Of a DNA stretch of 64,000 bases, positions 9,752 to 18,156 are shown one piece after another. This stretch comes from Deltaproteobacteria bacterium (GTDB taxonomy: Bacteria > Lernaellota > Lernaellaia > JACKCT01): contig JADLEX010000141.1 of the NCBI GenBank assembly GCA_020845895.1, forward strand, positions 3,872 to 67,871, read 5' to 3'. Each line of letters begins with the position of its first letter. The stretch's first letter is position 1. A program made the position numbers and the translations under genes. Under the pieces are notes generated by a model. That model saw only the letters and a program-made list of their open reading frames with translations. It was not told the origin of the DNA and searched no databases.

Positions 9752-10485
9752 AACTCGTGATCGGCGGACGATCGGCGCGCGTGTTCGAATCGTCCACCGT
9801 TCTCTCCGAGGCCGCCGCGAGGAGAATCGTCGACGTCGCGCGTGCGTGCGTCTCCGCGCGCGGACGATTCTGGTGGGCGCTCGCGGGGGGAACCACGCCG
9901 CGCGCGGTTTACGAGCGTCTCGCGCAGCCGCCCTTCGTATCCGACATGCCGTGGGCGGGCACCTTTGTGTTCTTCGGCGATGAGCGCGCCGTGCCCCTCG
10001 ATCATCCCGACAGCAACTTCCGCATGGCGCGCGAGGCGATGCTCAGCCACGTTCCGATCCCCGCGGAGAACGTGTTTTCGGTCGTCAATCCGCACTTCGA
10101 TGCCGACCGCGCGGCGGCGGATTACGAAGCGCGGATTCGCGCGGCGTGGGGCGATCGCGACGTTCCGGTCTTCGACCTCGTCCTCCTCGGGATTGGCGAG
10201 GACGGGCACACGGCGTCGTTGTTTCCGGAAACTGAGGCACTTTTGGAAACTCAACGACTCGTCATTCAGGGGCGAAAAGGAAACTCTCCGAGAGTTACAT
10301 TTACATTTCCTCTCATCAACCAAGCGGCTCGGGTTTGGTTTTTCGTGACCGGCGAGTCGAAAGCCCCCGTAATCACGAGAATTTTTGCCGAAGAGCCGCC
10401 TGAACTGCCGGCGGCACGCGTTCGACCGACCTCCGGGGAGTGCCTTTGGTGGCTCGACCACGCCGCCGCCTCGACCATCAAATAA
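9736..10485 (+). CDS. pgl: 6-phosphogluconolactonase (DevB/Pgl type)
   Basis: Approx. 250 aa starting MASPVELVIGG, overlapping the zwf 3' end by 16 nt. Pgl/NagB-fold motifs (ALAGGTTP, FFGDERAVPLDHPDSN, LGIGEDGHTASLFP). Confidence 0.85.
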   Translation: MASPVELVIGGRSARVFESSTVLSEAAARRIVDVARACVSARGRFWWALAGGTTPRAVYERLAQPPFVSDMPWAGTFVFFGDERAVPLDHPDSNFRMAREAMLSHVPIPAENVFSVVNPHFDADRAAADYEARIRAAWGDRDVPVFDLVLLGIGEDGHTASLFPETEALLETQRLVIQGRKGNSPRVTFTFPLINQAARVWFFVTGESKAPVITRIFAEEPPELPAARVRPTSGECLWWLDHAAASTIK

Positions 10486-10628
10486 CCTTACGTTCCGTTA
10501 GGGCAACATCTTTTTTCGATTGTGATCCGCAACCCGTTGCGACACGCGATTTCCTTGTCCCAAAATACGCCCCGTCAGCGTCTCATCGCCCCTTTCCGGC
10601 CGGATTTCTTTCAAGAACGGAGCGCACG

Positions 10629-11537
10629 GTGACCCGAAAATCAAGCCGAAAGTCACGTGAATCGACAGGGCAGCTTCGTCTTCCGTTCCCGGGCGAGACG
10701 ACGAATGTCGCGCCGGGAAAACGAGGGCGCGCCGCCGCGCCGCGCAAGACTCCGACTCCGCGTGTCGCCGAAATGCTCGAGCCCGCGTCGAGCGATGCGC
10801 CCGATCTGGATCGCTTCTTTCGCCGCATCCTCGGTCGTCCCGTGACGATGACTTACACGCGCAACCGCCGCCAGCTCATTTCATTCCGCGACGAACGCGG
10901 GGGAACGCGCCGCGTACGCATCTCGGACGTCTTCGAAAAGGCCGGCCCCGACGTCTGGCGCGAGATCGCGTTCTGGATGCTCGACACGCATGCGCACAAA
11001 ATGTTTTCGCCGGGCAGCCCCAGCAAGCGCTACCTCGATCGCGCCGAGGTGATTCGCACGTTGCAGGCGAGGCGACCGCGCCACACCGAACCGCCCGTCA
11101 AGGGCGCGTTCATCGACCTCCGGAAGATTTTCGACGATCTGAACTCGCGGTATTTCGACGATCGGTGCAACAGCCGCATCGGCTGGAAACGCGTCGCGGC
11201 GCGAAAGGGCACGCGCAGCGTCCAGCTCGGCACCTTTCACGCCGACGACAACACCATCCTGATTCATCCCGTGCTCGATACGAATCAGATCCCGCGCTAC
11301 GTCGTCGAGGACACGGTCTATCACGAGATGGTGCACTGGAAGTTGCGCGGCCGGCACGACGCCGCGGGACGCCGCGAGATCCACTCACCCGCGTTCCACG
11401 AAGAGATGCGGCGATACCCCAAGCATATCGAGGCCGAGGTGTGGGTCGCCGAAAACATCCGCATGCTCATCCGCGCCAAGAATCGCATGATCGAGGAGCG
11501 GCGCAAGGCTCGACGAGCTCGCGAACAATCGCGATGA
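10629..11537 (+). CDS. SprT/DUF45(YgjP)-like zinc metallohydrolase with basic disordered N-terminal tail
   Basis: HExxH motif (VYHEMVHW) followed by a conserved His/Glu region (HSPAFHEEM). The N-terminal 50 residues are R/K/P/S/T-rich. The start is uncertain: I chose a GTG after a GGAGCG RBS-like sequence, with ATG alternatives at 10773 or further upstream. Confidence 0.5.
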   Translation: MTRKSSRKSRESTGQLRLPFPGETTNVAPGKRGRAAAPRKTPTPRVAEMLEPASSDAPDLDRFFRRILGRPVTMTYTRNRRQLISFRDERGGTRRVRISDVFEKAGPDVWREIAFWMLDTHAHKMFSPGSPSKRYLDRAEVIRTLQARRPRHTEPPVKGAFIDLRKIFDDLNSRYFDDRCNSRIGWKRVAARKGTRSVQLGTFHADDNTILIHPVLDTNQIPRYVVEDTVYHEMVHWKLRGRHDAAGRREIHSPAFHEEMRRYPKHIEAEVWVAENIRMLIRAKNRMIEERRKARRAREQSR

Positions 11538-11556
11538 TGGGCCGGGCCCTGCGCCC

Positions 11557-12618
11557 ATGCTCATCTTCCGTACTCATCCAATGGGGTTCGCGATGTTCGG
11601 TCCTGCTCCCGAGCGCCTGATCGGCGACGACGGCGTTCCGTCCTTCGGCGTTTTCGGCGAAGCCATCCGCCACATCAATCTGAACGACTTCGATTACCGC
11701 CGCGTCGCGCCGTTTCCGTTCTCGCTCACGCCCGCGAGCGCGCGAATCGCCGTCAAGCGCTGGCAGTACCTCGGCGTTATCACGGACGACATCGCCGCCG
11801 GCCTCGCCGTGGCGGATGTCGGTTACGCGGCGAACGCCTTCGCCTACGTCGCCCTGCGCGGCGAGGCAAAGGTCCGAGAGTTCAGCTTTCTCGATCCCGC
11901 CGGCCGATGCAGCCGGTATTCGGCGTCGTCGGTCGAGGGCGTCACCGAGTACCTGCGTGGCAACGTCGAGATCCGGCTCGACAACCGCCTCGTCGACGGG
12001 CCGCGAAAGGCGGTACTGCGCGTACCGGGAGTGGAGCTCGACGCCGAGTTCGACGAGCGCGCCATCACACCGCTGTGCGCGGTGACGCAAAACGGCCTGC
12101 GGGGATTCAACTACTGCCACAAGGCCGCGGCGCTGCCTGTCTCAGGGCGGCTGCGCGTCGATGGGCGCGAGTTCGACCTGGGCGAGCGACGTGCGCTGGG
12201 CGTGATCGACTGGACCGCCGGCTGCGCGGCGCACTACACCTTTTGGAACTGGGCGTGTGGCTCGGGTTACCTGCCCGACGGACGTACGGTCGGCTGCAAC
12301 TTCGTCTCCGGCATCAACGAGCGGGGTTTCACCGAAAACGTCTTCTGGGTCGGCGGAAAACCCGTCAAGGTCGATACCATGTTTTTCCAGTACGACCCCG
12401 CCGACGTGCTCAAGCCCTGGCGCATCACCAGCTCCGACGCCAGGGTCGACCTCGAGTTCATCCCCGAAAACGAGCGCGCCGAAAACCTGAACCTCGGCGT
12501 GATGATGTCGCGCTTCCACCAGCCATTCGGCGAGTTCCGGGGGACGTTCGTCATCGACGGCGCGAAGGCGCCCGTCACGATGCGCGGCTACGTGGAAGAG
12601 CACGAGGCGAAATGGTAG
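11557..12618 (+). CDS. DUF2804-like hypothetical protein
   Basis: 353-aa ORF lying 20 nt after the preceding gene. Trp/Tyr-rich conserved blocks (FWNWACGSGYLPDG, FWVGGKPVKVDTMFFQYDP) recalled from the DUF2804 family. Function unknown. Confidence 0.5.
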   Translation: MLIFRTHPMGFAMFGPAPERLIGDDGVPSFGVFGEAIRHINLNDFDYRRVAPFPFSLTPASARIAVKRWQYLGVITDDIAAGLAVADVGYAANAFAYVALRGEAKVREFSFLDPAGRCSRYSASSVEGVTEYLRGNVEIRLDNRLVDGPRKAVLRVPGVELDAEFDERAITPLCAVTQNGLRGFNYCHKAAALPVSGRLRVDGREFDLGERRALGVIDWTAGCAAHYTFWNWACGSGYLPDGRTVGCNFVSGINERGFTENVFWVGGKPVKVDTMFFQYDPADVLKPWRITSSDARVDLEFIPENERAENLNLGVMMSRFHQPFGEFRGTFVIDGAKAPVTMRGYVEEHEAKW

Positions 12619-12967
12619 GGGCGCGATTCATCACGCCCCGCGCCCGAAATTTCAGGGCGTGATTCGTCACGCCTTGCGACGCACGCGCCGATCAGTCCTG
12701 CGACCACTCGCCCAGCGAATACGTGAACGCAATGACGGCGCCGAAGAGGCCGGCCACCACGGGCCGGCAGAGGATCCCTCAGGTGGAACCGGCTGCCTGC
12801 GCGAGAAAACTGACGCCGACGCCGATGGCGGCGCCGACAAGGACCTTCAGGGCGATCTTGAACACGACGGGACTCCGAACGAGGATGGCCGACCACTTGT
12901 CGGCTTGCACGCAGCCGCTATGCTGCGTCGGGACACGCAAATCATCTTAGGGAAGAAGGAGGCCGTC

Positions 12968-13678
12968 GTGAAGCGCGCAGCCGTGGCATTGGTCATGATC
13001 CTCGGGTGTTTTCTCGCTTCGAACGCCCTCGCGCAGGAAACCGCGCCGACATCGACCTCGGCCTTGCCCCCCTGGTGCGTGCTGGCGGTCCGCCCCGCGA
13101 TGGGCGGCGGTGCGGGCTCCATGACGACCGAGTGGGACGTTTACGACGGCACGTTCAATTTCGAGGAGGCGGTGGAGATCGCTGGCGTGAGCCACGCCGC
13201 GCTCATCCCCGAGGTGTTCTTCATGCCGACCGCCGGGCGCGGTTTCACCATTTCCGCATCGTTGCCCTTCGGCGGAGGCAGCGGCACGGCGACCAGCGAC
13301 AACATCTTTCTCGATTACGATTTCGCGTACCGTTTCGCCTTCCTCAACCTCGGCCTCGGTTACCAGTTCTATTTCGGCGCCGAGAAGCGGGCGAATCTGG
13401 CTCTCATGTCGCACCTGGGTTTCGGGCGAACGCAGTTCACCGTCGACTTCCCCGGCGACACGGCGACGTCGAAAGCCCTCGGCGGAGGCGACTTCGACAT
13501 CTCGGTCGGCTCTTGGTATCGCTTTCGAAGCGGATTCACGCTTGGCGGATCGCTCGACTATTGGGTGATCACCTTCAGCGGCGACGCCGGCGACGAGGGC
13601 CCGATCGCGACCACCGTGAGCAACGGCGGCATGGGCGGCGTGCGCCTCAATGCTCTGATCGGCTACGGATTCGAATAG
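12968..13678 (+). CDS. small outer-membrane beta-barrel protein (OmpW/OmpA-like 8-strand type)
   Basis: GTG start after a GGAGG RBS. Signal peptide (ALVMILGCFLASNALAQE). Alternating hydrophobic beta-strand pattern with aromatic-rich strands and a C-terminal aromatic (IGYGFE). Sequence 5' of 12968 in the ORF is charged and lacks a signal peptide. Confidence 0.6.
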   Translation: MKRAAVALVMILGCFLASNALAQETAPTSTSALPPWCVLAVRPAMGGGAGSMTTEWDVYDGTFNFEEAVEIAGVSHAALIPEVFFMPTAGRGFTISASLPFGGGSGTATSDNIFLDYDFAYRFAFLNLGLGYQFYFGAEKRANLALMSHLGFGRTQFTVDFPGDTATSKALGGGDFDISVGSWYRFRSGFTLGGSLDYWVITFSGDAGDEGPIATTVSNGGMGGVRLNALIGYGFE

Positions 13679-13977
13679 GACGCGATCCTTGCGATCGCAT
13701 GGCCGCCGGCGAACCGTGGGGCTACGAGATCGGCCGCAAGGTTGCCGCGAAAATGCAGCAGGAAGGATACGAAATCGAATAGGTTCGGCGTTCGCGACGA
13801 CAACTCCCGCGAGCCGCGGTCGCATCGTACCGAGTGCGCCGACTTCCGTCGCCCAGCCCCCTTTTTCGTTGACCCGCGCCGAAGCCGCGTGATAGACAAC
13901 GGGCGGGTTCCCGAAATTTTCCAATCATCCGTTTCCAAGTTCGCCGGCGTTCGCGCCGCGCAAAGGAGGTCTTCGCC

Positions 13978-14646
13978 GTGAAACACGAAGTGCGTCACGG
14001 ACCGTCCTTCTCGAGCCTGTTTCTGACGCTCGAAGGGGGGGAGCAGGTCCGCACCGAGGCCGGGGCCATGGTGGGGATGTCGCCGAATTTCGACATTTCC
14101 ACGAAGGCCTACGGCGGATTCTTCAAGGCGCTGATCCGCCGGCTGCTGGGCGGAGAAAGCGTATTCCAGAACACGTACACCGCGAAGGATGCGGGCAGCG
14201 AACTCATCCTCTCCCCCACGGTGCCCGGCGAGATCCTGCACCGCAAGATCGAGAAGGGCAAATCGTTCGTGATGCAGGGCTCGGCGTTTCTCGCGAGTTC
14301 GCCGTCGGTGGAACTCAAGACGAAATACGGCGGCGTGTCGTCGATGATGTCGGGCGAGGGGCTCTTCCTGCTCGAAATCAAGGGCGAAGGCGACCTGTGG
14401 TACAACAGCTACGGCAAGATCATCGAGATCGACGTGCAGGGCGGCTACGTGGTCGATACGGGCCACATCGTCGCGTTCGAGGACACACTGAAATTCAAGG
14501 TCAAGCGCGTGGGCGGGCTCAAGTCCACGCTGCTGTCGGGTGAGGGCTTCGTCGCCGAATTCTCCGGCAACGGCAAGCTCTACATCCAAAGTCGAACCGT
14601 CTCCTCGCTCATCGGCTGGCTCACGCCGATGCTGCCGATGCGATAA
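13978..14646 (+). CDS. AIM24/TIGR00266 (DUF124) family protein, paralog 1
   Basis: 222 aa. Family-typical blocks (GAMVGMSPN, LGGESVF, MSGEGLFLLEIKGEGDLWYNSYG, VDTGHIVAFEDTL, LSGEGFVAEFSG). 36% or more identical to its two downstream neighbours. Confidence 0.8.
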   Translation: MKHEVRHGPSFSSLFLTLEGGEQVRTEAGAMVGMSPNFDISTKAYGGFFKALIRRLLGGESVFQNTYTAKDAGSELILSPTVPGEILHRKIEKGKSFVMQGSAFLASSPSVELKTKYGGVSSMMSGEGLFLLEIKGEGDLWYNSYGKIIEIDVQGGYVVDTGHIVAFEDTLKFKVKRVGGLKSTLLSGEGFVAEFSGNGKLYIQSRTVSSLIGWLTPMLPMR

Positions 14647-14658
14647 GGGAGGGCGATC

Positions 14659-15342
14659 ATGAATATCGAAATCCTGTCCCGCCCCTCTTACGCCATGGCG
14701 AAGGTCGAACTCGCCGCGGGCGAGTGCGTGCGCAGCGAGGGCGGCGCGATGGTGTCCATGAGCCCGGGCCTTACGGTCACCACCGACACGTTCTCCAAGG
14801 GCGGCGCGGGCGGCCTGCTCCAGGCGGCCAAGCGGCTGCTCGCCGGAGAGAGCGTGTTCATCAACAAGTTCACGGCGAACCAAGCCGGTCACGTGTGCTT
14901 CGCGCCCACGCTGGTCGGCGACATCGAGCACCTGAAACTCGATGGCACGAAAAACATGATCGTGCAGTCTTCGAGCTTCCTCGCCTGCTCGGACGGGATG
15001 ACCATGGACACGCAGTTCGGCGGCATGAAGGGCTTCTTCTCCGGCGAATCGGTGTTCTGGATCAAGTTCGGCGGCACGGGGAGCCTGCTCATCAACAGCT
15101 TCGGCGGCATCTTTCACAAGGACATCGACGGCACGTTCATCTGCGACACCGGCCACATCGCGGCGTACGAAGACACGTTGCAATTCAAGGTCCGCAAGGT
15201 CGGCGGCTGGAAGGCCACGCTGCTGTCGGGAGAAGGTCTCGTCTGCGAGTTCACCGGCAAGGGCCGGCTTTACATGCAGACGCACAACGCACCGGCGTTC
15301 GGGCAGTTCATCGGCCCGAAACTGCCGCCGCGCAAGCAGTGA
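14659..15342 (+). CDS. AIM24/TIGR00266 (DUF124) family protein, paralog 2
   Basis: 227 aa. Same motif set (GAMVSMSPG, LAGESVF, FSGESVFWIKFGGTGSLLINSFG, CDTGHIAAYEDTL, LSGEGLVCEFTG). 12-nt gap from paralog 1. Confidence 0.8.
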   Translation: MNIEILSRPSYAMAKVELAAGECVRSEGGAMVSMSPGLTVTTDTFSKGGAGGLLQAAKRLLAGESVFINKFTANQAGHVCFAPTLVGDIEHLKLDGTKNMIVQSSSFLACSDGMTMDTQFGGMKGFFSGESVFWIKFGGTGSLLINSFGGIFHKDIDGTFICDTGHIAAYEDTLQFKVRKVGGWKATLLSGEGLVCEFTGKGRLYMQTHNAPAFGQFIGPKLPPRKQ

Positions 15343-15351
15343 GGTGAGACC

Positions 15352-16023
15352 ATGAAATACGAAATTGTCGGCAAGCCCGATTTCTCCATCGTGCGTCTGG
15401 CGCTCGACGCGAACGAAAAGGCGACGGCGGAAACCGGCGCGATGGTCGCGATGAGCACGAACATGAAGATCGAGACCAAGTCGAAGGGCGGCCTGCTCGG
15501 CGGCCTGAAGCGCATGGTCGGCGGCGAGAGCTTCTTCACCAACGACTACCACCCCGAAGGCGGGCCCGGCTCGATCGAGTTCGCACCGTCGGCGCCGGGC
15601 GATGTGGACGTGTTGGAGCTGAAGGGCAACGCCTGGTTCGTGCAGCGGGGCGCGTACCTGTGCCACACCGGCGACATCACGACCGAGACGAAGTTCGGCG
15701 GCATGCAGAGCTTCTTCTCCGGTGAGGGCCTGTTCATGCTGCGCGTATCGGGCACGGGTCATGTGTTCTTCAATAGCTATGGCGGCTTGCAAAAGGTGTC
15801 CGTGAACGGCGAGTACATCGTCGACACCACGCACATCGTCGCCTTCCCCGAGGGCATGACATACAACGTCGAGGCGGTCGGCGGACTCAAGGCCACGTTC
15901 CTGTCCGGCGAGGGCCTCGTCTGCCGCTACCGGGGCACGGGCGATCTGTACATCCAGACGCGCTCCGCGCCACCCTTCGCGTCGTGGCTCAATCCGTTCC
16001 GCAGGGTGGAATCGAAGAAGTAG
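15352..16023 (+). CDS. AIM24/TIGR00266 (DUF124) family protein, paralog 3
   Basis: 223 aa. Same motif set (GAMVAMSTN, VGGESFF, FSGEGLFMLRVSGTGHVFFNSYG, VDTTHIVAFPEGM, LSGEGLVCRYRG). 9-nt gap from paralog 2. Confidence 0.8.
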   Translation: MKYEIVGKPDFSIVRLALDANEKATAETGAMVAMSTNMKIETKSKGGLLGGLKRMVGGESFFTNDYHPEGGPGSIEFAPSAPGDVDVLELKGNAWFVQRGAYLCHTGDITTETKFGGMQSFFSGEGLFMLRVSGTGHVFFNSYGGLQKVSVNGEYIVDTTHIVAFPEGMTYNVEAVGGLKATFLSGEGLVCRYRGTGDLYIQTRSAPPFASWLNPFRRVESKK

Positions 16024-16050
16024 TTCCGCACCCGGCATACGAAAAACCGA

Positions 16051-16081
16051 AAAGCCCGGCCGAAATGTCGGGCTTTTTCTA
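16051..16081 (+). terminator. intrinsic terminator after the AIM24 triplet
   Basis: GC stem AGCCCG...CGGGCT with a 10-nt loop, followed by TTTTTCT, located 28 nt after the stop of the third paralog. Confidence 0.65.
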
Positions 16082-16313
16082 TCCCCGAATTCCCCTCGAT
16101 GCCCCCGTGGATTTGCGCGGCGGAATCAGAAATCTGAGGCAGGTCGCGGAAATTCGTGGCGAAAAACTCGTGGTGTTATTCACGTGTTGCGTTGCCGCGT
16201 CGGAAAATTCACCACTTAGGCGGGGTTGAGCCCTTGGCACAGGGATTGCTTTTGAATCCCCACGCAGTTGCCCCGAAACCAACCCGTTTTGCGGCAGGGC
16301 AAATCTCCTCTCG

Positions 16314-16353
16314 CGGTACCGGCTTTGCCCCTCCGGTATCGCCTTTTTTTTCT
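16314..16353 (+). terminator. hairpin followed by a T9 run (orphan intrinsic terminator-like element)
   Basis: GGTACCGG...CCGGTA stem followed by GCC TTTTTTTTT on the plus strand. No annotated plus-strand CDS lies between it and the previous terminator. It sits 35 nt from the 3' end of the minus-strand TerC gene. Confidence 0.45.
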
Positions 16354-16389
16354 GCAAAATGACGTACCGAACGGATGGTGAATGCGCGA

Positions 16390-17613
16390 TCACTTCACCG
16401 AGGACTTGGCCTTCTCGGACAGCGCGGCGACGTGGCGGCGGATGTGGCGGGTCACCACGGCGGCCCAGGTGAACTCGGTCGCGAGGACGGCGAATCCGCC
16501 CGCGAGTGCGAACAGGCCGGGGCCGGGCAACACGAGCATGGCGAGCCCCACGAGGATCAGCGTGCCGCCGGAGGCCGCGATCCAGATCTTGCGCAGGGTC
16601 TTTTCGGTGAGGCGATCGCCGAGGGGAATTCGCGCGCCGGTTTCGGTGCGCCGGGGCGATTCTTCCAGATAGGACGCGATGACGGAGAACACGATGCCGA
16701 TGGTCAGCGCCGCGCCGATCACGCCCATCGAGATCGCCGTGGAAATGTGCACGAGGTGCGAGAGCAGCATCTTCACGCCGATGAACCCCAGCACGAAGAC
16801 GAGGCTCGCCTTGAGGTAGCGGAACTTGTTCATCACCGCCGCGAGCGCGAAATACAGCGAACGCAGTCCCAGAATCGCGAACACGTTGGAGGTGAAGACG
16901 AGGAAAGGGTCGTGCGTGACGGCGATGACCGCGGGGATGGAATCGACGGCGAAGACGACGTCGGTGCTCTCGACGACGACCAGCGCGAGCAGCAGCGGCG
17001 TGGCGGCGAGCCGTCCGTTTTCGCGTACAAAAAACCTGTGCCCCTCGAACCGCGTGACGACGGGAAACCAGCGACGCACGAGACGCAGCAGGGGATTTTT
17101 TTCGGGATCGACCTCTTCGTCGCCCGATGTCGCCATCTTGATCGCCGTGAGGACGAGAATGCCGCCGAAGACGTAGATCATCCACGTGAATTTTTGGATG
17201 AGGACGACGCCCGCGCCGATCATCACGCCGCGCAGTACGAGAGCGCCCACAATGCCCCAAAAGAGGACGCGGTGCTGGTATTTCAGGGGAATCGCGAAGT
17301 ACGAGAAGATCAGGGCCATGACGAAGATGTTGTCGAGCGACAGCGATTTTTCGACGACGTAGGCCGTGAAAAAGAGCATGGCGGCCTGCGGGCCGTCCGA
17401 CGGGTAGCGCGGATCGAGACCGAGTCCCATCCAGTGGTGCTTGTAGAAGAAGCAGAGAACGGCGTTGAAGACAAGGGCGAGGCTGATCCAAAAAATCGTC
17501 CAGCCGAACGCCTCGCGGATGCCGATCTCGTGGTCCTTGCGGTTGAAGACGCCCAGATCGAGCGCGAGCAGCAAGAAGACCAGAGCGAGAAATCCGACCC
17601 ACAGCGCCAGCAT
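16390..17613 (-). CDS. TerC/Alx-family integral membrane protein
   Basis: Multi-TM protein with TerC-family blocks (LSLDNIFVMALIFSYF, VVESTDVVFAVDSIPAV, FTSNVFAILGLRSLYF). The start was taken at the second Met (MLALWVGF), ahead of the first TM segment. Confidence 0.8.
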   Translation of the reverse strand: MLALWVGFLALVFLLLALDLGVFNRKDHEIGIREAFGWTIFWISLALVFNAVLCFFYKHHWMGLGLDPRYPSDGPQAAMLFFTAYVVEKSLSLDNIFVMALIFSYFAIPLKYQHRVLFWGIVGALVLRGVMIGAGVVLIQKFTWMIYVFGGILVLTAIKMATSGDEEVDPEKNPLLRLVRRWFPVVTRFEGHRFFVRENGRLAATPLLLALVVVESTDVVFAVDSIPAVIAVTHDPFLVFTSNVFAILGLRSLYFALAAVMNKFRYLKASLVFVLGFIGVKMLLSHLVHISTAISMGVIGAALTIGIVFSVIASYLEESPRRTETGARIPLGDRLTEKTLRKIWIAASGGTLILVGLAMLVLPGPGLFALAGGFAVLATEFTWAAVVTRHIRRHVAALSEKAKSSVK

Positions 17614-17861
17614 CGGCGTCACTTCCCCCTGCGCACCAACGGCGCGCCCGATGCCGCGGAGCGGCGATCGGGTCCGCGCATCTTGCACGGGCGTGTCGGA
17701 AAATCAATGCGCGCGAGGGTGTGAGCGGACACGTGTAAAGGGGGCCAGGTGGTCGCGCGCGCGGCGCATACGCCGACGTTCGCCTCGGCCGATTCGTTTG
17801 ACACGCAATCCCCGGCGGGCGTACCTTGGCGGTCGGACTTCTCCGTGCATGGAGCGTCGCC

Positions 17862-18137
17862 ATGGCGTCCATTGACGACACCCGCAATGACCGGATCCGC
17901 GCCCTGTTTTCCGATCGCATCAATCCCGCGCTCGCCGACCACGGCGGCTGGGCGGAGTTCGTGGATCTGCGCGGCGACCAACTCGTCATTCGTCTCGGCG
18001 GCGGCTGTCAGGGCTGCGGTATGTCCACCGTAACGGTCAAGCAGGGCATTCTCGAACTCGTCCGCAAGCACTTCCCCGAAGTCGTCCAGATTGTTGACGA
18101 CACCGACCACGCCGCGGGTGAGAATCCCTATTACTAA
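17862..18137 (+). CDS. NifU-like (Nfu C-terminal domain) Fe-S cluster assembly protein
   Basis: Approx. 90 aa with the CxxC motif in the typical context (IRLGGGCQGCGMSTVTVKQGI). Confidence 0.8.
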   Translation: MASIDDTRNDRIRALFSDRINPALADHGGWAEFVDLRGDQLVIRLGGGCQGCGMSTVTVKQGILELVRKHFPEVVQIVDDTDHAAGENPYY

Positions 18138-18156
18138 AGCAGCGCGCGGATCGTCG

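Noticed and set aside
13663-16038. 791-aa minus-strand ORF
   Set aside because: Antisense to the three AIM24 paralogs. Low-complexity R/A/G/E composition. Long only because of codon bias.
17689-17860. Possible yybP-ykoY (Mn2+) riboswitch in the TerC 5' leader
   Set aside because: TerC/Alx genes are frequently controlled by this riboswitch. The leader, read on the minus strand, lacks the conserved GGGGAGUAG and downstream motifs. I could not support the call without a covariance-model scan.
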